From: Escherichia virus TH54
Sequence record: MT446420.1
Length of the DNA: 64,000 nucleotides
Strand: one strand, 5' to 3'
In this document: positions 51,425 to 59,019 of the stretch, piece after piece
How positions within the stretch are numbered: position 1 is the stretch's first letter
How the letters are laid out: the number at the start of each line of letters is the position of its first letter
Program-made: the position numbers and the translations under genes
The notes under the pieces: model-generated
The model's input: the letters and a program-made list of their open reading frames with translations, nothing else
What the model was told of the DNA's origin: nothing
Database searches by the model: none

Positions 51425-52033
51425 TCACTTTAAGATGTTAATAACATGTTGAATGTTTTCAGTTGACATATGATTGTCAATGTAGGTATTCAATCCACCT
51501 ACTTTAACGCTAAATCCCACGTCTGTAAACTGTTTTACTATCTTTTGTTCAGTATTATACGCATGCACACGAATCTGACCATCACGACGTACATCAATCT
51601 GTTTTAATGTCTTGATACGCTTGAACTTCACAATCAGATTGCTACGGTCTTCTGAAATGCTCTTAAAGTCAATACCAATAGACAATAATTGCTCTTTGAT
51701 ATATTCTGCAGTCGCTTCCATTTCATCAGTCACACCGCGTTTTGTTCTTGTCTTCTTCACTTCCAGAAGGTCTGGATTATTTTCATTCGCCCACAGTTCT
51801 GCTGCATCCAGAATAAGGTCAACACCTTTTTCTGTAACCATCAAACCATCACCAGAAGCTTCAACATAGTTGTTATTCAACAATGTCTGCACGCTATCAA
51901 TTGACGTGTTCTGCTGGTCTAAAACAACCTCTGGACGCACGAAGTTGTTTTTGTATACAAACACCAGAGCATTGACATCAGTCTCATGTAGGGCGTTCTG
52001 GGAGCATTTAACGATATAATTTAACTTGTTCAC
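51425..52033 (-). CDS. motA: MotA middle-transcription activator
   Basis: 202 aa (T4 MotA 211 aa); GDGLMVTEKG and C-terminal TDVGFSVKVGGLNTYID blocks resemble T4 MotA. Confidence 0.8.
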   Translation of the reverse strand: MNKLNYIVKCSQNALHETDVNALVFVYKNNFVRPEVVLDQQNTSIDSVQTLLNNNYVEASGDGLMVTEKGVDLILDAAELWANENNPDLLEVKKTRTKRGVTDEMEATAEYIKEQLLSIGIDFKSISEDRSNLIVKFKRIKTLKQIDVRRDGQIRVHAYNTEQKIVKQFTDVGFSVKVGGLNTYIDNHMSTENIQHVINILK

Positions 52034-52035
52034 AA

Positions 52036-52263
52036 TTATCCCTTAATAGATTTCATATAATTTGACGCATATGATTGTACCACAGTACGTTTCATATGGG
52101 AAGTAGAAACAATCACATCAATCGCTTGTTTACGTTCTTCTTTAGAGTTTGCCAGTTTGAACATGTCAAAGTAATAATAACAAGCTTCTTTGTTAGATTT
52201 GAATTTGGCGTTGATGTATTCTTGACCTTCATTCTGTTGTGCAGTAAACATTTTATTCTCCAA
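52036..52263 (-). CDS. hypothetical protein (motA.1 position)
   Basis: 75 aa ORF preceded by conserved leader repeat and GGAGA SD. Confidence 0.55.
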   Translation of the reverse strand: MENKMFTAQQNEGQEYINAKFKSNKEACYYYFDMFKLANSKEERKQAIDVIVSTSHMKRTVVQSYASNYMKSIKG

Positions 52264-52282
52264 AATTTTTATGATTCAGTGT

Positions 52283-52306
52283 GTAACTCAGTATGGAATC
52301 ATTATG
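52283..52306 (-). repeat. conserved promoter-leader element, copy 3 of 4
   Basis: GTAACTCAGTATGGAATCATTAT, identical core to copies at 17811 and 56121. Confidence 0.6.
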
Positions 52307-52344
52307 CATCGGGTCAAGGGACTTGTACACTACTTTTTAAAATA

Positions 52345-52366
52345 AAAAAGGACCCCGAAGGGCCCT
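52345..52366 (-). terminator. imperfect hairpin terminator with U-run
   Basis: GGGCCC-TTCG-GGGTCC followed by TTTTTT on the minus strand. Confidence 0.5.
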
Positions 52367-52463
52367 AGTCTTTATCTATCTTATTACCAATAAACATACC
52401 AACAATCACACCCGCGATTGCCGCGAAAATACAAAGCAATGCAAACTCAACTCCAAAACTCAT
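52365..52463 (-). CDS. small hydrophobic peptide (32 aa)
   Basis: Hand-translated MSFGVEFALLCIFAAIAGVIVGMFIGNKIDKD; GGAGG SD; ATGA overlap with the gp52 stop. Confidence 0.4.
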   Translation of the reverse strand: MSFGVEFALLCIFAAIAGVIVGMFIGNKIDKD

Positions 52464-53839
52464 AGAGCCTCCAAATCATTAAGGTATTCAGTTTTAACAT
52501 CAGTTGTCTTCCAGTACTCATGCTCGGCTTTCTTAGCCTTTGCTTCGTCTGCAAGCTTCTTGGCTTCATCAGAGGTCATATGGTAGATGTTCATCGCCAC
52601 TAACTTCTCTGCATAATCGCCATATATTTCACTCGCCTGGAGCTCCTCAATCAACTTCTTACGAGGTTTCCCCTGGATAACAACCTTACCATCAATCACT
52701 TCTTTAATAAAGAAGACTTTTGCCCGGGCTAGTTTAAACGCGGCTTCAGTTTCTTTAATCTTACTGTCAATTCGCACTTGAACATAAGTCTTACGGACAT
52801 CAACGAAATCGCGAATCAGGTCAAGCGTGTTGGTGTATTCAGCCAGTTTGCCTTTATGATTAAGCACCGTTAAGTTCTGGGAGAGCTTCTCAATCAGACC
52901 AAAGTCTTTCATGATTTTCTCATGATTTTCTTCTTCAGTGCCATCCAACTTGTATTCCTTACGGAATTTAATCTTAAACCCAAAACCATGCTCGCCACAG
53001 TTATCTTTCCAGGTGATAAAACCTTTCTCTTCCAGCGGGTCCAGGATTTTACTTGTATACTTTTCCAGGTTCCATTGGACTGGAATTTCAGTAATTTCCA
53101 TTTGAGTTCTGGAAGTCATTTTGTACGTGCCATGAAGCTCATACTTACCAGGCTCTTCCAGCTCAACAACTTTACCACGGAATTCTGGATATTTTACTTT
53201 CGGAGCAACCGGCTCACGACCTTCCACGATAGCTTTAACAGCTTCCTTGACGTCCTGGAACGAATGAGGAAGAATATCAGTAGCAAAGCCAACAGCAATC
53301 CCAGAAGTGGCGTTAAGTAATACAGTAGGAATAACAGGAAGATAAAAAGCAGGAGGCTTATGTTCTTCATCAGGATGGACCGGAGCATATTCTGTATCCT
53401 TAAACAAGTTGTAAAAGTTCTTTGAAACCCTTGCGAATACATAACGAGCTGATGATGCTTCTGGCACCATTCTGGAACCAAAGTTACCTTGCCCATCAAA
53501 CATAGGATATTCATTTTTATATGTTGCGACCAAACCAGAAGTTGCTTCTTCCGCTGATGCTTCACCATGGTGATAACCATAATCAGCTACGCCACCTGCG
53601 ATGGATGCAACCTTATGGAATTTATTCTTATCACCACGTGCCAGGTCTAATGCTCTCGCCATAACAAATCTGTGAACCGGTTTAAAACCATCAATCATGT
53701 TTGGGATGGCACGACCTTCCACAGTGTAGATAGCATATGACAATGCTTCCACATCAATAATGTCTTTTAGACTGCGTGGGTTAAGGGACCCCATGGAATC
53801 ACTGAACTGTTTGGACATCATACTTAAAACGTCAGACAT
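52460..53839 (-). CDS. 52: DNA topoisomerase II medium subunit gp52
   Basis: 459 aa (T4 gp52 442 aa); GyrA-like breakage-reunion domain. Confidence 0.92.
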   Translation of the reverse strand: MSDVLSMMSKQFSDSMGSLNPRSLKDIIDVEALSYAIYTVEGRAIPNMIDGFKPVHRFVMARALDLARGDKNKFHKVASIAGGVADYGYHHGEASAEEATSGLVATYKNEYPMFDGQGNFGSRMVPEASSARYVFARVSKNFYNLFKDTEYAPVHPDEEHKPPAFYLPVIPTVLLNATSGIAVGFATDILPHSFQDVKEAVKAIVEGREPVAPKVKYPEFRGKVVELEEPGKYELHGTYKMTSRTQMEITEIPVQWNLEKYTSKILDPLEEKGFITWKDNCGEHGFGFKIKFRKEYKLDGTEEENHEKIMKDFGLIEKLSQNLTVLNHKGKLAEYTNTLDLIRDFVDVRKTYVQVRIDSKIKETEAAFKLARAKVFFIKEVIDGKVVIQGKPRKKLIEELQASEIYGDYAEKLVAMNIYHMTSDEAKKLADEAKAKKAEHEYWKTTDVKTEYLNDLEAL

Positions 53840-53847
53840 ATATCACC

Positions 53848-53988
53848 TTACCAGATTAACGAATGTACTGCCATTATAGCATCAGAAATAAAAAGCACAA
53901 CCTGCACTAATGCAAACACAATTCCATAATACAGCGCCACCAATAAGGCAGCAAGGGCTAACGAGTAGCCCAAGATTTTCTTAATCAT
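53848..53988 (-). CDS. small membrane protein (46 aa)
   Basis: Hand-translated MIKKILGYSLALAALLVALYYGIVFALVQVVLFISDAIMAVHSLIW; predicted transmembrane. Confidence 0.4.
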   Translation of the reverse strand: MIKKILGYSLALAALLVALYYGIVFALVQVVLFISDAIMAVHSLIW

Positions 53989-54148
53989 TGCTCACCGCGG
54001 AAACCATAAATTTAACAAAGGCATCAACTACAAACCATCCACACAAGAAATAAACAAACCACATAGGCGGGATGAAGACACCTGCGACAAAAAGAGTTAC
54101 TAAAACAATGACCGCCACTAGATAAATGAATGAAAAGACTGATGTCAT
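53981..54148 (-). CDS. small membrane protein (ac position)
   Basis: Track ORF 53981-54169 begins at TTG; ATG 54148 with GAGGAAAATAT SD gives 55 aa hydrophobic protein; T4 ac occupies this position. Confidence 0.45.
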   Translation of the reverse strand: MTSVFSFIYLVAVIVLVTLFVAGVFIPPMWFVYFLCGWFVVDAFVKFMVSAVSND

Positions 54149-54155
54149 ATTTTCC

Positions 54156-54236
54156 TCAAGGGCGTCCAAAGACGCCAGTTAATTTAAGATTATGACGATG
54201 CCATTGCATCACATGTTCGTTATGGAAATTACTCAT
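54156..54236 (-). CDS. stp: Stp peptide (activator of host PrrC anticodon nuclease)
   Basis: Hand-translated 26-aa [26 protein letters not shown], near-identical to T4 Stp as remembered; located between ndd and ac as in T4; below track cutoff. Confidence 0.8.
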   Translation of the reverse strand: MSNFHNEHVMQWHRHNLKLTGVFGRP

Positions 54237-54237
54237 A

Positions 54238-54687
54238 TTAATAGCTCTGCAGAATGAATTTAAAGTTATCAGCAAGCATGCGATTCATTTCTGAAAGGGT
54301 CTGGCAATCAGAACTATGTGAGCGAGTGAACGCCATCGCAATTTGACCTTTACCATAACCAGTTGTCAAAGGTTTCATTTTAGAAACTGGAACAAACAGG
54401 ACTTCATAGATAACCCCATTGTTCGCCATTGTGCGAGACAGTTGAGAACGTTGTTTGCGGATGTGACTTAATACAGTGTCAAACCCTTGTTGCGAGCGTT
54501 GGTTACCAACATAAAAACGTGCGGCAACAATACGTGATTCGCCTTCACCTTTGACCATGAAATAAAAACCTGGTTGGGTGATAGCTTCTTTAGTCGGGCG
54601 ACCTGCAACATAATTACCATTATGGATGTAAGCAACAGTAGTAGCGCCAGCATTCAGTACGTCACGACGGGTCATATAAGTAGACAT
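54238..54687 (-). CDS. ndd: Ndd nucleoid disruption protein
   Basis: 149 aa (T4 Ndd 151 aa); [28 protein letters not shown] and [11 protein letters not shown] blocks match T4 Ndd from memory. Confidence 0.65.
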   Translation of the reverse strand: MSTYMTRRDVLNAGATTVAYIHNGNYVAGRPTKEAITQPGFYFMVKGEGESRIVAARFYVGNQRSQQGFDTVLSHIRKQRSQLSRTMANNGVIYEVLFVPVSKMKPLTTGYGKGQIAMAFTRSHSSDCQTLSEMNRMLADNFKFILQSY

Positions 54688-54725
54688 ATTAATTTCCTCA
54701 GTAAGTTAAAGTTTTGTGCTCCAGT

Positions 54726-54760
54726 GGGGTCATTATACTCTGACCCCAAGAGTTTGTATA
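54726..54760 (-). promoter_or_regulatory. early promoter for ndd with the -10 inside a 7-bp inverted repeat
   Basis: Minus strand TATACA-N17-TATAAT; GGGGTCA...TGACCCC flanks the -10. Confidence 0.5.
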
Positions 54761-55102
54761 CTATTTTTGAAGTTTTTCTAAAATAAATTCGGGGGTGTAA
54801 CAAGTAGCGTTATACACCTTATTCAGGTTTATCAAAGCATATCCATAGGTATTACGTAATTCTTTAATAACATTTTCATAGCTTACATAGTAAGCATTGC
54901 GATAGTCGGGGTCCATGCACATACGGAATTTAATAAATCTGTAAAAACCTGTATCAGGGTCCTGAACAAAAACAAAATCTGCGCTCATTACAGTTTTTAA
55001 ATGTAACCCTGGAATCTGCCCTTGATTACATAAAGCTGCATCTTGGAGACTAAGGTTCTTAAAGAACATAACATTGGCATTACCAAAAAATAATTTAGAC
55101 AT
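54761..55102 (-). CDS. hypothetical protein (ndd.1 position)
   Basis: 113 aa ORF. Confidence 0.5.
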   Translation of the reverse strand: MSKLFFGNANVMFFKNLSLQDAALCNQGQIPGLHLKTVMSADFVFVQDPDTGFYRFIKFRMCMDPDYRNAYYVSYENVIKELRNTYGYALINLNKVYNATCYTPEFILEKLQK

Positions 55103-55117
55103 AATGATTTCCTCAAT

Positions 55118-55363
55118 TTATTCAGGGTCTACTGCGCCATCCCACAAGTCAACTTCTTCTGATGATTCCATCAGTTCATCAACTGTGAAGCACTCAGTAT
55201 TATTTTCAATTGCAAAGCGCTTCTGATAAAAAGGATAATCCAAACAGTTTTCAGTGCGTACGGGGCGCTCACTGTTATCCATTAAAGGCGAAATGCGAAT
55301 CAGTTGTTGACCATCACCCAGGACAAATTTTTCACCAACTGCAATGTCTTTAAAAAGTTTCAT
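55118..55363 (-). CDS. hypothetical acidic protein
   Basis: 81 aa ORF. Confidence 0.5.
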   Translation of the reverse strand: MKLFKDIAVGEKFVLGDGQQLIRISPLMDNSERPVRTENCLDYPFYQKRFAIENNTECFTVDELMESSEEVDLWDGAVDPE

Positions 55364-55566
55364 TGCTTAGCTCCATTCCAAATTACATCAACAACAGACT
55401 TCAAACCATTATCCTGGATTTGTGTGAACACTTCAGCAGCAATCCAGAACTGGAAACCAATCATTGCAATGGCACCAATGAAAATCAGGATAATCATCGC
55501 CACAATAAACTTGAACATAAAGTCAAAGCGACGATTGGATTTCTGAAATTGTGAATTGTAATTCAT
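55360..55566 (-). CDS. hypothetical membrane protein
   Basis: Track ORF 55360-55614; ATG 55566 with GAGGATAAT SD; one predicted transmembrane helix. Confidence 0.5.
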   Translation of the reverse strand: MNYNSQFQKSNRRFDFMFKFIVAMIILIFIGAIAMIGFQFWIAAEVFTQIQDNGLKSVVDVIWNGAKQ

Positions 55567-55576
55567 AATATTATCC

Positions 55577-55693
55577 TCAAAAGAAATAGTTAAAGTAAAC
55601 GCGCACATGGTCAATCATAAAAACAATTGGGAAAATGCTCAGGACAACAAACAGTACAAACATGTTCCAAATGGCTTTAAGTAACTTTTTCAT
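55577..55693 (-). CDS. small hydrophobic peptide (38 aa)
   Basis: Hand-translated MKKLLKAIWNMFVLFVVLSIFPIVFMIDHVRVYFNYFF; GGAGA SD and early promoter upstream. Confidence 0.35.
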   Translation of the reverse strand: MKKLLKAIWNMFVLFVVLSIFPIVFMIDHVRVYFNYFF

Positions 55694-55838
55694 AATCATC
55701 TCCAGTAGTTGATAGGTTCATTATACTACAACCACCGGAGATGTACACTCTTTTATGCAAGTTTCATTAATAATAAACTAAAACAAACGCAAATTACTGG
55801 GATACACAACATCCAGATAAGGCACCAGGTTTTGCTGC

Positions 55839-56105
55839 TCAAAATATCACCTCTTTGATTTCAATCAATCCTCTGTACAATGCGGTGCGAAGGTCATAAA
55901 GAATATCTATGCCATCAACATTATCCAGCTTGCCATCAATAAGCTTTTTCAAATCTTCCTTTGACGCAACTAGTGGGCGAAGAAATTTACAATCAGAAAG
56001 AGACAATTCTGTGGTAACATCATCACCATCACCTGACGCATCATACATAGCGGCAACAACCATACCTGTAATTTTGTGTTTGGCGTAGTATAATTTAATA
56101 TCCAT
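55839..56105 (-). CDS. hypothetical protein
   Basis: Track ORF 55839-56168; ATG 56105 follows conserved leader repeat and GGAGA SD. Confidence 0.5.
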   Translation of the reverse strand: MDIKLYYAKHKITGMVVAAMYDASGDGDDVTTELSLSDCKFLRPLVASKEDLKKLIDGKLDNVDGIDILYDLRTALYRGLIEIKEVIF

Positions 56106-56120
56106 TTGTTTCTCCAGTTG

Positions 56121-56144
56121 GTAACTCAGTATGGAATCATTATA
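56121..56144 (-). repeat. conserved promoter-leader element, copy 4 of 4
   Basis: GTAACTCAGTATGGAATCATTAT. Confidence 0.6.
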
Positions 56145-56178
56145 CATAGACGCCATACTGATGTACACTACTTTTTAA

Positions 56179-56454
56179 TTAATTGTGCATTTGTTCTTTA
56201 ACTTCTTTGTATGCGCCAACTGCATTCACGACACCGGTAAAATCTGCTGTTCCACGATAGAGATAGAAAGCGATTTCAGTCAGGTGGTAGACTTCAAATT
56301 CTGAAAGATAAACGATAACGTCATAATATGCAACTTGACCCTGGACTTCGTTGAATACTACATCAAAAATTTCATGAGTTGGAAAATTGATGTTGTTGTT
56401 TTTGAGTGCTTGAATAAGAATTTGTTTGATGTTGTGAGTAGTAACTTGTTCCAT
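56179..56454 (-). CDS. hypothetical protein
   Basis: Track ORF 56179-56544; ATG 56454 with GAGGA SD. Confidence 0.5.
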   Translation of the reverse strand: MEQVTTHNIKQILIQALKNNNINFPTHEIFDVVFNEVQGQVAYYDVIVYLSEFEVYHLTEIAFYLYRGTADFTGVVNAVGAYKEVKEQMHN

Positions 56455-56501
56455 GATAATGTCCTCATTTGTTGGTGTGAGGACATTATTACATAGTTGG
56501 T

Positions 56502-57095
56502 TCAGCTTGTAAACCGGTGATAGGGAAATTTTTCTTCTGAACAAGAACGGAGGTACCAGCCATCCCCTTGTGACTTCTGCACAAGACCAGACTCAGGAAC
56601 AAAAGCCCCAGGCCCAGCAAGGAATTTTGGTTTAAATCTATAACCTTTGATAGTCTCTTTTACATTAAACATAATCATAAGGTCAGCAAGCTTGTGTTGC
56701 ATAAAAGGACCAAGATTAATCCCGTAACCATGTGGATAATCGCCATGACTACCAGTATGCACGGATATCCATTTGGAACCAGACTGGTGGGTCTTGACTT
56801 CGATTCTTACCCCTTCCTTCGAAACTACATCAAATGCAAAGGAATAGGGATTATCGTAATCTTCATCACCGCCGCATAAAAAGCCGGAGGTCCATTTAGC
56901 AATAGCTTGTTCTGCCATTGTAGCCACCATACATCTTTGCATGACTTGCTCACGGTCTTGACCTGGGTCTTTACGCAATGAATACCTGGCTGTGTCTACA
57001 ATCTTTTGCAGGGATTCAGGGGTTAAATCTTCTTTTGTATAAAGAAAGGAGGGCATCTTTTTCAGATGCTCCCATGTTTTACTCTTCTGAATCAT
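56502..57095 (-). CDS. denB: DenB endonuclease IV (probable, by position and size)
   Basis: 197 aa ORF at the T4 denB position between the ndd cluster and rIIB; GAGG SD; sequence identity not verified. Confidence 0.4.
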   Translation of the reverse strand: MIQKSKTWEHLKKMPSFLYTKEDLTPESLQKIVDTARYSLRKDPGQDREQVMQRCMVATMAEQAIAKWTSGFLCGGDEDYDNPYSFAFDVVSKEGVRIEVKTHQSGSKWISVHTGSHGDYPHGYGINLGPFMQHKLADLMIMFNVKETIKGYRFKPKFLAGPGAFVPESGLVQKSQGDGWYLRSCSEEKFPYHRFTS

Positions 57096-57348
57096 CTTTT
57101 ACCTCATCGATGCCGACGATTCCCCGGATATGAAGCTCGCCATAGTACAAACGGTCATTAGCATCAAATGTATCAGAATCCGGGTCAGGGAATTCCCCAA
57201 CAACTACTTCATCACATTCCAACCAGCCATAGTGAACATCACCTTCATGCTTGATGAGCTTACCACAGTAAACTATTCCTGCGTAATGGTGACCCCGGAG
57301 ATTTGAAACTTTGATGTCACGGTCTGACACATTGAAATGCTTAATCAT
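57079..57348 (-). CDS. hypothetical protein
   Basis: 89 aa acidic ORF. Confidence 0.5.
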   Translation of the reverse strand: MIKHFNVSDRDIKVSNLRGHHYAGIVYCGKLIKHEGDVHYGWLECDEVVVGEFPDPDSDTFDANDRLYYGELHIRGIVGIDEVKDDSEE

Positions 57349-57351
57349 AAT

Positions 57352-57561
57352 TTATTCACCAAAATAAGAGATACGAATTGCCAGTACATGAGCATAAGCG
57401 CTCATTGCATCTAACTGGGCATTCAAAAGACCTTGCTGACGAGCATCGAGAGTTTCAAAAACTCCACCCTTAATAAACTCTTCAAGAGCATTAATTTTCA
57501 AAACCAGCTGGTCATATTCTTCAACTACACGTGCTTGGAAACCTAACATTTCTTTAGACAT
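57352..57561 (-). CDS. hypothetical protein
   Basis: 69 aa ORF; 8-nt overlap with the HNH-AP2 gene. Confidence 0.5.
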   Translation of the reverse strand: MSKEMLGFQARVVEEYDQLVLKINALEEFIKGGVFETLDARQQGLLNAQLDAMSAYAHVLAIRISYFGE

Positions 57562-58045
57562 TGTGTTCTTCCATATATTTTAATCGAGCTTCATTTGCTT
57601 CTTCTGGAGTTGCAAAAGCTCCGACTTGAATTTGTTTTTTATTTCGCATAATAGTGGCTCGCCATGGTTTATTCAAAGCTCGTTTATCAAACGAGACTCC
57701 TTTAAATCCAGACTTGTTGTTATTATACGGGCGCTTATTTAAAGCATTCTCGCCTGGACTAACCCATCTGCAGTTATCGGGAGAGTACCCTTTATCGTTA
57801 TCTGTTCGGTCAAGTTGATGTTTGTCAGTGGGTCGTGGCCCCATATCTGTATAAAATCTTTCAAAATCATGCAGCCATTCATCGCAAACAGTGATACCCC
57901 GACCGCCATATCGAGAATAACTAATATGTGTTGGATTGCAACACCGAGCTTTCATGCCAATCCATACAATGTATTCAGGCGTGTGACCTAGCCCGTGGAC
58001 AATACCACGAGCCGAGCCATCTTTAGCAATTGTTTGTTTAATCAT
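57554..58045 (-). CDS. HNH-AP2 family homing-endonuclease-like protein
   Basis: 163 aa; C-terminal AP2 DNA-binding signature SGFKGVSFDKR...WRATI...IQVGAFATPEEANEARLKY; upstream HNH-like DNDKGYSPDNCRWVSPGENALNK; N-terminal YIVWIGMKARCCNP...YGGRGI motif. Confidence 0.7.
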   Translation of the reverse strand: MIKQTIAKDGSARGIVHGLGHTPEYIVWIGMKARCCNPTHISYSRYGGRGITVCDEWLHDFERFYTDMGPRPTDKHQLDRTDNDKGYSPDNCRWVSPGENALNKRPYNNNKSGFKGVSFDKRALNKPWRATIMRNKKQIQVGAFATPEEANEARLKYMEEHNV

Positions 58046-59018
58046 TGAAACGTTCGGTCACATCTTCAAGAACCAGGTAACCGCAAACCCTCATCTTACT
58101 ATCGGAATAATCCACCGGGATACTTACAACATCGCGCGGGTGAACTTTACATGATACGATGCGCCCATCACCATGACCAAAACCGCTTCCGATATAGCCT
58201 TTAGAGCAAACATGTAACCCGGTTGAACAGGTCTGTTCGTCATTGTCATTCACACGAGAGCGTGGCATTTTAACATATTGGCCAGGGCTGTTGTCGAATG
58301 TGTTTGAGTGACAATCTTTGTAGGTTGAACGAACCATTTTCCATGCGATGAAATAACCGTCTTCGGTGATTTCGATATCGTTCGCAACCAGGAAGTCAAA
58401 CAAACGCTGTACAGCTTTCTCACTCGGGTTCTCAAGGAGATTCTCGAGGAATGGCAGATAGAATTCAAAGTCTTCGCCATTTTGCATTGAATCAATGATA
58501 CGAGTAACCAGGCCAGAGCGCAGTTCAATTCCCTGATAGAACAGGCTACCACCTTCAATACGCACATCGCCTTTCACATATTTTTGTACTGCAGCTTTGA
58601 TTGAGATAAACTCGATAGCATCATCAAAACGAGATTCAATCAATGCCTGAATAATATCATTAAAGTGTTTATGGTCTTTTGTTGCGTTCCAGACCGTACG
58701 ACCTTCGGTGATGGAAACGAATTTGCTTGATGCATTCCATACGATTTCCGGGCGGCTTCCGCCAATTGTATCTTCAACAACCGGGACTTCAACCGTTACT
58801 GTCACCGGAGCATTAATCGCCACACCAACAGCTGCTTTCAGTGATGCAGAAATGGTTTTAGATAATTTTGATTCTTTATCATTTTTCAAAACACGGCGAA
58901 TGGTGTCAACCGATACACCGAAATTATCTGCTAGTTCCTGTTGGGTATAATTACCAGTTTTATAAAGAGAAACTACCTGGTTTTGGTCAAATTTGGATAA
59001 AGCTTTAATATTAAACAT
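58038..59018 (-). CDS. rIIB: rIIB protector-from-exclusion protein
   Basis: 326 aa; near-colinear with T4 rIIB (GNYTQQELAD, GDVRIEGGSLFYQ, FDFLVANDIEITEDGYF). Confidence 0.9.
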   Translation of the reverse strand: MFNIKALSKFDQNQVVSLYKTGNYTQQELADNFGVSVDTIRRVLKNDKESKLSKTISASLKAAVGVAINAPVTVTVEVPVVEDTIGGSRPEIVWNASSKFVSITEGRTVWNATKDHKHFNDIIQALIESRFDDAIEFISIKAAVQKYVKGDVRIEGGSLFYQGIELRSGLVTRIIDSMQNGEDFEFYLPFLENLLENPSEKAVQRLFDFLVANDIEITEDGYFIAWKMVRSTYKDCHSNTFDNSPGQYVKMPRSRVNDNDEQTCSTGLHVCSKGYIGSGFGHGDGRIVSCKVHPRDVVSIPVDYSDSKMRVCGYLVLEDVTERFND

Positions 59019-59019
59019 A

